A stretch of 64,000 nt of DNA from Lytechinus pictus (lineage: Eukaryota). The DNA is taken from assembly GCF_037042905.1 (NCBI RefSeq), contig NC_087252.1, positions 10,728,001 to 10,792,000 on the forward strand. Reading direction: 5' to 3'. The position numbers and the translations under genes are program-made. Shown here one piece after another: positions 13,801 to 26,363 of this stretch. Position 1 is the first letter of the stretch, and each line of letters begins with the position of its first letter. The notes under the pieces were generated by a model. That model made no database searches. It had not been told where the DNA came from and saw only the letters and a list, made by a program, of their open reading frames with translations.

Positions 13801-15352
13801 ATTTGCCTTTCATGACTTACAGATAGCCAAACTGCAATGGCTAACTAGGAGTGTGAAATTGAATATGTATACATTTTTTTTAATTCTATGTGAGACTTCG
13901 CATCTGTAGTTAGTCAAAAGAAAGAAATGTCTGTTTTTCCTTTAATCTATGGGAACAGTAATGGCATTGTTAAGTGCTAATAATTCTCAATCAAATTTAA
14001 TGAAAATGATTCAGAGTCATTTGCTCAGATAAAATTTCTGCAGTAAACGAATAGATCTACAAAACTCTGTAGTTTGATAGCATGTACATACACTGCACAT
14101 GTTCATATTAAACAAATCATTTAGATTTAAACATTTTGCATTTTCGTAACTTGAAAAAAAAGGAACAAATGATCTGCTTCACAATTGTAACATTGAATGC
14201 AGATGAACAATATTCATTGGAAAATAGGACACATCAATATTTCTAATCAAACACAGGGCTGGCGATTTTCAAATTCTTTCTTCACAAATAAAACAAATCA
14301 GATTATTTAATTTTTTGGAAAACAAAGTGCGAACATCAAAAATGTAACCCTTACATTGCATCAATTTAAAAAAAATCGCTAACCTGGTAAATATTTGATT
14401 TCTATGTTAGTCTATTATCGCCAGCAAAATGAGGCTCATAAAATGCATCCTACAGGTAGTGTGTCTCCTGTCTTGGCTAGTAGAGGGTCGATGCACATGC
14501 TTGCTAGAGCCTGGCCATAGGAGTCTCATGGGTGAAGGGGCAGGGGTATCATAATCATTGCCAATCGACTCTTCCTAGGGCTCCTGTGATAATGACTGGT
14601 CCTTCTCTGCATGCTGAGGGGTATTAAAAAAGGAAAAGGAAAGATGAGTATAAGGTTTTTAAAGGTAACAAAAAAAGCCTCACAGGAAAGAGTAAAATTT
14701 ATTTCCCATAAGTCATTTCTTGTAACCATTTTATTTATTTTACAAGGAAAACTCAGTCTACATGGCAAATTTGTACAGGATAGTAATTTTTATAAGCATT
14801 CATGTAATAACCCCCCCCCCCATCACATCATATTGCAGAGTTCAGAGTGGAATTGATTCTACGGTAACTCCAATTGTTTTTACCATAGCATGATCTAGAT
14901 TACCTCAGGCGATGGTTCGTATAGGTTCAAATACACTTCACTACCGCTACTCTCCACTGCACCTATCCGAACCATCGAGGAACAAAAATTATCTCTCAAA
15001 CACGAGTGACAAACTGTGTCACTTTATAAATGGTACAAAAGGCAATATATCATGACAAAAAGATACATTAAGCTTACTCTACAGTGCGTCTTGTATTATT
15101 GATGAAGAACAAAAAGAAACAAGATGGCGACGTAAACATTTCGCAAGTTTTCCCCATCTTTTCATATTTTTCTCGTTTTTTTAAAAAAAATACTTGTTTA
15201 AAAATGAAATCAATATCGTAGGAAATAAAGTTGTATCTCGTTTAGACTACATGATTTAGGGCTACATCCTTTAGAATTAGAAATCTCAGGGGCGAAAGTC
15301 TCATTTTGGGGGGTACACACACATGAATGAGAATGGGACGCAATCCCTGGCC

Positions 15353-15893
15353 CCCGGGGGGGGGGGGCACTCAGTATATAATGTATAGTGGGTATGTTCC
15401 GCGGAGGGGACCCCCATTTTTACACTCAAATTTCCGTTCCAAGGCATAGCATTTTTGTCTTATTGAGAAAAAGAACAAATAAAGCCGCTCCAAGGCATAG
15501 CATTTCCTTCTTATCGAGAAAAAAAGAAGCCAAATCCACTCCAAAACTTCGCATATTTTTCGTTACGCCGTTCCGGTCGCATTGATCTGCTACAATTTTG
15601 GTGAAAAGCGGCCGTAGAGCGCTTTTCGACCATCGCCTATAAAGCGCGAGCGCACCCGGCGGAGGCCACGCTAGCTGCGTCATGCACGATTGCCCGTTCC
15701 ATAGGGATGCATACGCACTCACAGAGATACGGAGATCCGTTCCGATCGAGGACCCCCGTTTTCACAAACATTTGTAGTTCCGAAGCCCGTTCGGAGGACC
15801 CTCCTTTTTACAATAAGCCCGCTCCAAGGCTTTTTGCCTCGCCCGCGGCACACCCCTACCACTTTTTTGGTCGAGTGCCCCCCCCCCCCCGGG
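15353..15893. mobile_element. MITE with CCCGGG(G)nCACTC TIRs and 8-9-bp TSD (Mutator- or hAT-type)
   Basis: Left CCCGGGGGGGGGGGGGCACTC, right GAGTGCCCCCCCCCCCCCGGG; flanks TCCCTGGCC (15344-15352) and TCCCTGGCT (15894-15902). Confidence 0.85.
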
Positions 15894-17208
15894 TCCCTGG
15901 CTCCGTTGAGAGTAAGCATTCTTTATTTAGTAAATGAATGGCCGTCGTTTCTGGGGATTTACCTCACAATTTCTGACATTTTACTGTATTTGTGAAGCCA
16001 ACGCAGTTCAGCGGAACAACTAAATACTAGTCTACAGAGACTGAAAGTGCCTTGGCCCTTGGTCTAGCCAGCGCGCGAGTCGGGATCTCTGTCAATCATT
16101 CATGTCTGTACTAGTGTTGTGCATAATTTTTTTGCAACTTGGAAGGTTAACCGTTACTTAGGACAATAGCCAATATGCACATTCCTTTTGATAAAGAACT
16201 TAGTTGTATTATCAGAGTTCATTGAATTTACCTGGCATTTCTGGCATTATCGTGATATTGGGAACCACCGTTCACTTCATACAGCAGCGCTTTATTCAGT
16301 CACACGCAGGGTTCCCTATTTCCACCTCCATTCACTTTGTACACAAGTGCGCGTATACAAATCGACAAGTGGTTCCCGAAACCACGATTTGGCCGCATTT
16401 CTCAATCTGCATGCAGCTTCATCTTCACAACTTTCCTCCAGCTCCACGCAATCGCCGGTGCAGCAAGGACACGAATAACTTGTCCAACGCCTTCACTTCT
16501 GTGCAAGTTGTCAAGAAACATCTTGGCGACTTTGCTCCCTTTACTCGCTTCCACGCTGATCCACTTGGTCGCACACTCTCTACATTTCCGATGATTTTTT
16601 CCTTTGAATGATACAAATTTACTCCTAGTAGTTATTACATGAATGGAACAAAACATTGATTCCATGGACTTGAAATCCTCCGGAGCACTGCCACGGAATC
16701 GGTGTCAGACGATGCTATCTGCGAGCGTGCGCCGCGGGCCGGAGGTTCGTGCGTATGAAACAAAGAGCGTGATTGGTTATAAGCTAGTCAGTCCGCAATT
16801 CATGCTTTGAGTGCTGTATTGTGATTTGTTATTTTCACCGATGAAATGAGAAAATCTCGGCAGTTTTTGTATGATTTTTTTCATTTTTTTCAGAAAACGT
16901 GCAGGTTTTGTCTCTGACATATGGTTTTATAATTATTTTTTACACATGTCGACAAAGTTGTAGGTAGATACAAAATTTGAGGCACGAAACGGAAGAAAAA
17001 AGCACCTCGGCCCGCGGTCTAATATCGAATATCAAACCAACTTCCCGTCGGTCTAATTTTCACGCGATCGCGCAGTACGTCCCCATACGTAGTACTTCAT
17101 GTTATTCCACATACGTACGATCTTCGACTCTGTTTCGCCAATTGTTTTGCTCTATAAATTGACGGTTTTATAAGTCTTTATAAGTTGTTTTTTTGTTTGT
17201 GGTCCATC

Positions 17209-19769
17209 ATGGATGGTGACGATATATCGATTGACGACATTAAACTATGGAACGTGGCTGCTTTGAAAGACTTTCTTCGGAAAAGGAACTTGAAAGTAAG
17301 TGGAAGAAAAGATGAATTGGTTACGTTGGTATTCGCCGCGAAGAGGATGCCTGAGCTTGTCGCACCGCCCAAGTCTCAAGAAGTCAAGGACACGGATAAA
17401 GTACAGTATTTTTGAGACATTTTGAAGACTCCGACAGGATCGCTGCCGGATCCAAAAACTCTGAACAATTAGGTTTCGGAAGCCAGTTCCATAACCATGT
17501 GGCCGCCAACTATGGCGTTTGATATTGGAAAGTACCTGGATTCAATCGATGACATTCCTCTTCGCAGAAGGCTGATGTCAGACTACAAAGACCAGAAGGC
17601 ATACAGTTATTTTGCATCAGGATGGATGGAGGAAATCCAGTACCATCATATTGATGATAAGACGAATTACTGTTTCTTGAAAACGAAATGTAATTGTAAA
17701 CCTTCCCAGAGAGTCAGGATGTGCCGTGGAACGTGGCGGTTGCCGCCAACAAGAAGACGGGAGAAGTGCTAAGTGCATTTTGTGAATGTTTTGCAGGGTA
17801 TGATAATTTTTTTTAAAACAAATATTTTGAATTTTCTTCATTTGATGATGAAAAAATAGTACATTTAGATTTAGCCCACCCACCCCCTAGATAATATTGA
17901 TCTAATAATTAAAAGCATATTCCAGACCTCTGACATCTGCCAAAAAAAATCCTGTCTGTTGGGTTTTGTAATCAAGGACCATACATGTACATGAAGTTCT
18001 ATTTCTGAAGGAGTATTAATGTCTTTATAGGTGTACATTTACTTTGTAGTTCATGAAAAATAAAAGAACATTGGGCAAAGTCCATACTCTGAAAGCAGAC
18101 AGGTAGACTACATGTAATCCTAGCTAACTCAGTCATAGCTCATGAATATGAATAATTTGTTTTAAAATGATATTTGTATGGTTTACTTTATAGCTAATGT
18201 TTGTTTTTTTTTTTTATTTCTTTGTACAGGTACAGCACAACCTGTAATCATGTCGCTGCACTTCTATTTAAGGTAGATTTTGCATGGCGGAACGGACTTA
18301 CCAATCCATCTTGTACATCTCGGGAATGTACCTGGTCAGCATTCGCAGGTAAACAGTCGGTGGAACCAGAGCGTGTATCAGAGATGACTTGGAGCAAGCC
18401 CAAGTGCTCAAGACAAGGTAAATACATGTTGGGTTTACATGTTTTTCACATGGTGCTGTTTTCCATATTCACCACCATACCTCAAATAGACTTCCTCTCA
18501 AAAGTTATTTTTGTAAAGCAGTGTATTGCATAAAGATTTTTTCATTGATATAGTATGTTTAAAGTAGTTGGATTTATTATTCAATAAACTTTAATAGTTA
18601 AATATTTTTCATATTCACACCCCCCCCCCGTATATTACATGTTAAATGTAACTTCATATAGCTTGAAAATTTAAAAATTCTACTTAATGTAAAGGCAAGA
18701 TGATATTTTTTCAGTTGAGCTAATTTTCCCCTCATTTTTGTTTTCTTAATTTCAGCCTCATCTGATACAGCAGAGGGCATCAACCCAAAAGTGAGAAGAC
18801 TCTTCATGTCACTGAGTGCACGCTCCAATGAGTCTCATTCCTCGCTTGAATCCATCACCGCTGCAATGTATCCCACCTTCAGAGATGCTTGCGCATTCCA
18901 GACGGTTATGGCCGGGAAGGAGACTGCATCTACCACTAGTGCACCAGAAACGTCTACTGAAGTAGAAGTAGAAGTAGAGTCTTTTTTACCACGATCCGGC
19001 CATTACATCCCTTGCAGCTCAAGCAACATCCGCTGATGAATTTCTAGACCGTTTGCCAATCTACTCCGCGAACATTGTTTCTTCAATAGAAAGAGCAGCA
19101 AGAGGACAGTCAGAAAATCAAAACTGGCATGAACAGCGAATCGTACGTGTGACTGGGTCACTTTCTCATTCTGTAATGACCAGAGGGCGCAAGTTATCTT
19201 TGAATATCGAACCCAAGTCGGACAGTCTCATCAAGAAGATCACTGGTCAAGATTATTCTGAAAAGTTTGACCTACCATCACTCAAGTATGGTAGGGAGCT
19301 AGAGCCAGAGGCCAGAGAGAAATATGCCAGGCAGCAGCGGTCGCACCATGCTGGACTTATTGTGCAAGAAGGGGGCCTCTTCGTGGACCAAGATAAGGTA
19401 TTTCTTGCTGCCAGCCCTGATGGACTCGTATCATGTGAATGCTGCGGGAAAGGACTTGTTGAAATAAAATGTCCATTCAGCATTGCGCATACCGCACCAT
19501 CCGTTGAGAATATTAGTTACATGAGAGACACTTCAGATGGGCCTCCTAGTCTTCAGAAGAACCATCCTTACTATTCGCAAGTTCAGTTCCAGATGGGGAT
19601 CATCAAGCGGTCTTGGTGTGACTTTTTCATTTACACTCGCCATGGGAGCATGACATCCAGAATTAGCTTTGATGAAGAACGATGGCAAGAACTGGTGCAA
19701 AATGCGGAAGTGGTGTTCAAAACAGAAATTGCAAAGGAACTAGTGGCAATGCACTCGCCTAATTCTTAA
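17209..19769 (+). pseudogene. Transposon accessory gene: SAP domain + SWIM zinc finger + YqaJ-like (lambda exonuclease/PD-(D/E)XK) nuclease; 3 exons, disrupted
   Basis: Exons 17209-17797, 18230-18417, 18756-19769 (GT-AG, phases compatible). SAP: WNVAALKDFLRKRNLKVSGRKDELV. SWIM: CECFAG/YSTTCNHVAALL across intron 1. YqaJ: WHEQRIVRVTGS, YGRELE, ASPDG, LVEIKCP, YYSQVQFQM. In-frame stops at 17413 and 17470; frameshifts at ~17718 and ~18990. Confidence 0.9.
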
Positions 19770-20769
19770 AGACTCATTGCAACACTTCAATACGTAACTT
19801 TTTCCTGTCTTTAGTCGATCATGAACAGACATTTTCAAATTTACCTATATGCATTAAAAGATAAAAATGAACATCTTTTCCAATACAGTTTGTAAGTCTT
19901 TACTTTTTTAATTCTATTATTGCAGTGAACATCAGTTTTTATTGTGATGTTTTTGTGGAGGAGTATCAGCCGCATAGAAACGTTGTTAGCACTAACAAAG
20001 CTCTATCAGAAGCCCTGTTACAACCGGTATATTGATTCATCGTTGTCTAATGTCGCAACAATACACCTTGGATCAATATTTAATATCCATACCCGAAAGA
20101 TGTGAGTGGGTCGAACTGTTAGCAGGGTACATGATGTCTTTTCCAATTATCTTGTGTAATTTTGGATATCAGTCATGCATTTGAAGCATATTTCCTCAAA
20201 ATCTTAAACGGGTACTCATTTTAATCAAAATTTTTATACTCTTGGGTGATTCTAAATGTGCAAGACAATATACATACTTTTAATATTAATTGATTAAAAG
20301 ATAACTTATGTATATTCACTTCCAATTTCACTCATTCACAATATTTTGCTGTAACAATGTAATATGCTGGTTATGGGTACTTGGAATTGAATGTAAAAAT
20401 TGTTAATTTGGTTCATTGTTTTTTTATTATTATTATTTTTAACTACAGTGTACATGTAGATGGTACTGGCATACAAATATAATCTGGGGCATTGAAATCT
20501 CCAAAATTCAAAGAACAAGGGAAAAAAGGGAAAGAAAATAAATTATTTTCTGAATATGTAATGATATTTACAATTAGATTTTTATCTTTTAAAATGACTT
20601 CTCAGAAATTTTGCCCAAAACACCATGTTTGGCATCCTTCAAAATTTTTGGTTCATTGCGCCATGAAGAGATAGTATGTACTTACAATAAATTTTTTTCT
20701 GTGTGTGTAAGAAGAGCTCTTTATTTTTCACAGATAACATTCACAAAAATGGTACGTGTATGTAGAGTA

Positions 20770-21072
20770 CAGTGCGTCCCACAAAAACAAATCCGATGTG
20801 TCCGATTCATCATGGGCATCTTTAATTTTCCCCTCATCGTCAAGTTCTTTTTTTTTTTAACTGAGTCAAAGCATCAACGAGCATGAAGAGTTTGAAATTA
20901 CAGTGTTAAAATAACCAGCACAGACTTGGCCATAATTTGCCATGCATGATGGGTATACTATTGAAAAATAATGACTCAAAATATAAAATATTTTACTAAT
21001 TCTGTCAGTGTTAAATTTGAAACTAAAATACATTTGATAGAAATATGGGTTTCCTTTTTCTAGGATACACTG
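20770..21072. mobile_element. Short Tc1/mariner-type MITE inserted in the ISL2EU intergenic region
   Basis: TA-CAGTGCGTCCCACAAAAA ... TTTTTCTAGGATACACTG-TA; terminus shared with the MITEs at 47596 and 54991. Confidence 0.7.
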
Positions 21073-22129
21073 TACATATCAAGAAGGCCACATGAAATGA
21101 TTAGGTTGAGACTTCTATTTTGTTTTTTCTACTTTATTCAATGTAAATTATGATAGATTACTCTTAACAATTTACTGCATAGACATAGTACAAGCCGTTA
21201 CTTGCAGTGATTCTAAAGTTGTGTACAGATGGTCACTTTGCAATCAATTTTATATGCATTCTTACACATTATACATGTATTTCAAATGAGTACACTTCAT
21301 GTTTTATATACACTGTAACTACAGTAATTACATACATGAAAGATACCTGGTAAAATGGCATATATTATTGTTTTGTATCAACACTTCATTTTGTTTGGAA
21401 ATCGAAATGTATTTGAGATTCATAAATAAAAAGGAAACAAACTGGAATTAAAATACCCTGTATACATTCAACAAATCAAGCTGATCACTTTTCTAAATGA
21501 TGTTCTGTCTGTCCTATTTTCAGTTGCATGAATTTACGTGTGTGTGAGTGTGAGCGAGAGAAAGAGAGAGAGACTGAGAACTAGCGAGTGTGAACTTGAG
21601 AATGGGTGATGTACAGTGGGTAAAGTTCACTTCTGTTTTAACATCGTCACCAGGCAATTTAATTGATTTAACAAATTTTGCACATATGCGTCTCTACAGT
21701 TATGAGGATTTGTAAATAAGCCTGGTCTTGTTAACAGAAATGGACCCTACAATAAAATTTTAACTTCTAAAATGAAGGTTTGTTCAAAACGAACATATTT
21801 TTACATGTACAAGAAAATGTATTTACCATAAATCGTACGAAAACTCAATAAAAAAATTACAATGATTATTGACATACCGGTACTTGAATAATATATAAAA
21901 GCATATAAAAAGAACATATGATTACATGCCAGAAAACTAAATCAATTTACGGTAGTCAATACAGTCAACCTTGCCTAAAAGTTATTTGATTGGGTCAAAG
22001 AAAATCATAAATAAAAGAAAAAGTGACTTTCACGAAAGGTTTAAACCAAAAAAGGAGGAGTTGATTTAGAAATGCCATTGACTTCTACCAATAAGGTCGA
22101 CTGTATTATGGACACCAACCTCACATATT

Positions 22130-23795
22130 TTACTTAACCAAGGGGCTGCGCAAATTGACAAGAGCTGCACATACAACTACAATATCATCAATAAGGGGAA
22201 CAAGAGAAATAGGCAGAGTCTCCTTTAAGATGCCAAACCATTTAATTCTTCCTATTGCCCTTTCAACATGTATCCTAGCATTTGCAATTTTCTTCGTTTT
22301 TGCAACATCACCAGGGGTTTGTTGTTCTTTACCTTTGCTAGGAGGGGGCATTTCTAGTTTTGCACCTCTCAGTAGTAGATCTTCCTTGATTAAAAAACCC
22401 CTATCTACAAGAACCACATCACCAGGATCAATTAATTCCAAAATCCCTGATTTTCGAGTAATGAGCACATCAGAAGCTCTACCACCCCAAGCATGTGAAA
22501 GGAATGATATCATACCATTGGGAGCAATTGCTACGAGAAATTTTACAGTATTATGTTTCTTATAGTCAGACCAAGTAAGAGCTTGCTTAGCTAAATTCCT
22601 TGGCCGACCAATAAAGACTTCAGTGCAATTTAAGGTACATCTTATATGCTGGTGGTTTTTTTGCAGGGACTTAGGCATTTTCATTTGGATTGATAGCTTG
22701 TCAGGCCAATGAATTAATGGCTTTAGATCAGCTGCTAAGAACTTTATCCATGAATTAAAGATCTGAGATACTGTACTGCTTGCGACGTGAAATAAGCCTG
22801 CCAAGAAAGAGACAGTTAGTGCTAGCCTTAGTTTCATTAACACCAAGATTAGCTCTTGTCTACTATTAAGTGACCTTGCGGGACCTGGCTTCTGAGGTGT
22901 TCCAATACGTTTTGCTCTCGGTGATGACCTGGGTGAACTTTCCTTTTTTGTTCCTGTCCAGTAACGTAGCTTTTTCACTCTTGGTTCTACATATACATGT
23001 ATGAAGTGCTACAAATGTATCTGTACTCTCTATTCCAGTATAGTCCTTCACTGCTTTATCAGACTTGAGAACTACATTAGAACTATCTTACGATACACTA
23101 CGCTTTGGCAACCTTTTCAGGTTTTTTATTTTTTGCTCAAGTTTCTTCAACTTCTCATTCATTTCCATTAGCTGGTCTTCTTTTTTGCTGCACTCACTAC
23201 AGTTCTCAGATGATGATGTTGACGGTTCAGCATAGTCTTGGTCATGAAGAGCAATGTCATTTCTTGATGTACATGTAGATTCTGGTCTCGATCTCTTTGC
23301 AGGAGGAGTGTCCATATCCCATGTAGTATGGATATAGTCATGATCTTGCAGGAGTGGTTTAAAAATGGTACTGCTTCTGGAATACCTTAGTGGTCTGGCA
23401 TCGAGTCAGTGTGGGGAGCTACATGTTTCCGCTTGCGTTTCTGTCTTTGTTGCTTGACCACTTCAGAGTAAGGTCTCTCTTTTGGTGCCGCTCTTGGAGA
23501 TTTCACTTGTTTAGATTTGTCTAGCTCATAACCAAGTTTCCTTGTTGGATCAGGCCATGCAGATGTTGGCTCGTTATCATTAAAATGAAGGGAGCATACC
23601 CTATGACACTGTTTTGGTTTCCAATGACGAGCCTTTTCTGTCTGCCTATTCACGATTCTAATCCATCTTCTCCGAGCATCAGGATATTTGCTTTCCAAAG
23701 GAAATGTAAATAGTTGAAATGTAGGCTTGCATATGCAGCTCCCAAATTTAAGTCCGTGTATTTCACAGAGTTGGGAGTACCACTTATTCAACCAT
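22130..23795 (-). pseudogene. ISL2EU/Harbinger-family transposase (THAP + HTH_Tnp_4 + DDE_Tnp_4), inactivated
   Basis: THAP remnant LFTFP..RRRWIRIVNR..RVCSLHF..P; DHDY motif; HTH QELILVLMKLRL..LAGLFHVASSTVSQIF; DDE motifs LNCTE (D>N), WSDYKKHNTVKFL, GGRASD, VDRGF, ARIHVERAIGRIK. Split over four ORF-track pieces by stops and frameshifts. Confidence 0.92.
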
Positions 23796-24866
23796 GCAGC
23801 AGATCAATCCCAATGCAAGAAATTTGACGACACTAGAGAGCCTACAGATCAATCCCAATGCAAGAAATTTGACGACACTAGAGAGCCTACAGAAATATAC
23901 AAAACTTGAAAATTAGGAATTTTTTCAATGTCATCTTGATATTGTACCAGCATTCACATATATTTTCACAAAATAGGTTTCATGAAGAGTATGTATGCAT
24001 CCATTTTTTATTCATTCTGACATTAAGATAACTTTGCTGAATTATTAACCTGGATCTGGAAACTACGAAAATCAAAATTAAGTACATGTAAATAAATAAA
24101 TAAAGGAATTCCTTCAATTTTCACTATGAATATAGGTTTCATAAAGAGTACGTACATGTATGCATCTATTTTTCTTTCATTTAAGAAAACTTTACTGATA
24201 TATTAATGAACCTGGTCCTGGAAACTGTCTAACGTTAACGTACAACTACAAGAATTAGAAAAATAATATATCTAGATTCCAAATCAATAAATACTAAAAT
24301 AGAGGTCTATATATGCCTAATTCGAAAATCCACTGTCTATATAAAATATATTCCAATGAATCTTGTAATTAAGTTGTCTATACAAATGAAGAATAGACAA
24401 TTTATTTAAACATATAAATATTATAGGACAAGACGAGATTTTCGTTCACCGCACTTACTCTAATGACCGTTGTCCCACATATAGAAATATGTGTTGTATT
24501 CCAGTGCACTGCTTCGAGAGAGAGGGGCTATAAATAGCCGTAAACGTAAATAAAAGAATCAGAATTTAAATTCGAGGAAAACAGTCAAATTATGGAATTC
24601 AGTGCAAATCGTTGATCGTTTGGTGTCCCTTTAATGCGCGGTTCTTCTTTGAAAGACGTAAATAAAAGACAAACGTTCACGTCAATAGCAGAAAACATCG
24701 TGCGGGTACCATGGCTTCGCCACTGCAGCTCGAAATCTTGGTCATATTGACATACCCCGGAAGTGGTACTACGGAGACTCGTGCATGCGCAAATCGTATT
24801 TACGAACTGGCTTATTGCGAAGCTCATATCCCATAACAGTCAGACGGCAGGTCCCAAGAAAGTGGC

Positions 24867-25872
24867 TTCTTTCATCCAAGTGATATTCATGACTTGAGAT
24901 GTTTTGCATATTTAATGAGCTTGATGCGGACCAAAACACCTCTTTTCATTTGGTCATTGCTGCTCTAATTGTGCATCGAATTTCATGAATTTGGTATCAT
25001 TGTAAAGAAGAAGAATCATTCTTTTAGGTCATGTGTTTGAATTTATTCAAAGATTTTATAATATAGGGTCAAATTTTGATCTAAAATATGCTACAAAATA
25101 ATTATTTTCACCTGACAAAAGCTGCTATTTTCACACTTGTTTGAGCCCAAATGATTTTTAGATCATGATAAAGCTGAATATGTATGCTTTAAAATGATAT
25201 AGGTTTCAAAATAAAAATTGGTTTAATCGGGTCAAGATCACACTTTTCATTTGCCAAGTACATAAAGCAGCTTGTAAACAAGAATACTGCACTCTGATTG
25301 GTCAAAGAGACCACACAGTGGCAAATTCCAACGGTTCCAGTGCCTGGGTTCATGGAAAGGTCACACTTCCCATGTGGTAATCTCCTCAAATACCCCGCGC
25401 CTGTTGTTCTGTGAACCTTATCCAGCCAATCAGAACTCTGGATTTCATGCAAGTACCAAATTTCAGAAATCTCGTCTTGTACCTTGGTGGGAAAAGTGTG
25501 ATCTTGACCCGATTAAAAGGTGCCGCATATCAAGAGTGGCATAGTGAGAAAGTACAGAAGTTCAGCTGTATGGTGATATAGATATCATTGAGGCTCAAAA
25601 TAAAAAGTTTTGCACAATTTGCAAAAGAAAACAGAGGATGAAAATTCAGTTTTGAGGCACATTTTCAGGCCAGAAATTTACTTATTTAACAAAATATTGT
25701 ATACAAAATAAATGACCAATATGAAAAAGTAACATTTACTCTATCTGATGGTGCAATAATATTTTATTTAACTTGAGGTTAAAACAGGTAAATTCTTAGA
25801 GAAAGAAAATCTCACGAATTACGAGATTTTGCAAGGAGGAAGATTCAGCCACGAGATGATTTGGATGAATGA
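24867..25872. mobile_element. Putative non-autonomous DNA element with imperfect outer and perfect inner inverted repeats
   Basis: TTCATCCAA near 24871 versus TTGGATGAA near 25861; 27-bp IR TTTAATCGGGTCAAGATCACACTTTTC (25222-25248) and its complement at 25491-25517. Confidence 0.5.
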
Positions 25873-25959
25873 TACAAATAATGTATTAGCGGAATGCCCA
25901 GTTTACAAACTGAAATAAAAATAAGCTCGTGGTTCGTGCTCACATCAATTGTTTGTTAA

Positions 25960-26363
25960 AGGCCACCGCACACCTTACGACTGTTCACGATCCGATTTTG
26001 GAACAAATCGCATTTTGCTTATTTTCTGAAGATGTGAATGGAACTTGTTATTTTATTTGAGGTTAAAATTAATTGATAAAATACCAATATAACCATTTTG
26101 AAAGATTTTATTTTAGAGTAAAGGCCAAATTACTTTCAAATCGTAGCCAATCTTACGACTGCTATGACGTCATTACGACTAGATATTAAATTCGCTTTTA
26201 TTCTAAGGATGATAGCATAGTCGCAGGTTTGAACATAGGTATTCGTATGATGATTTCGAACATTACACAGTAAAATAGTCCAAGTCTCAATATTAGCATT
26301 CAAATCTACTACGTTTTATTCCAAAATTGAGTCGCAGACCAATCGTAAGGTGTGCGGTCGCCT
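25960..26363. mobile_element. MITE (PIF/Harbinger- or Kolobok-like)
   Basis: AGGCCACCGCACACCTTACGA ... TCGTAAGGTGTGCGGTCGCCT, flanked by TTAA and TTAG. Confidence 0.8.

Larger units (their letters stand above)
17060..24813. mobile_element. Decayed ISL2EU (PIF/Harbinger-ISL2EU-Spy group) DNA transposon with two convergent genes
   Basis: THAP+HTH_Tnp_4+DDE_Tnp_4 transposase (-) and SAP-SWIM-YqaJ gene (+), the known ISL2EU pairing. Candidate right terminus ...TTTACGAACTGGCTT followed by AT at 24814-24815; left boundary approximate. Confidence 0.85.

Noticed and set aside
14450..14990. Two exon-like blocks on the minus strand (14903-14975, ~14450-14613) and an AAGATGGCG (YY1-like) motif at 15121
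   Set aside because: In-frame stop, no recognisable product, and a single short motif is insufficient for a promoter call
16188..16665. Cluster of overlapping ORFs, including 16402..16665 (-) with a good ATG
   Set aside because: Looks like a decayed exon but has no recognisable domain and stops in all extended frames; cannot be called
19053..19769. YqaJ as evidence of phage/viral integration or bacterial contamination
   Set aside because: The gene has spliceosomal introns and is paired with an ISL2EU transposase
22130..22978. Domesticated HARBI1-like host gene
   Set aside because: No true ATG for this block, upstream THAP region broken, and the partner gene is also pseudogenised
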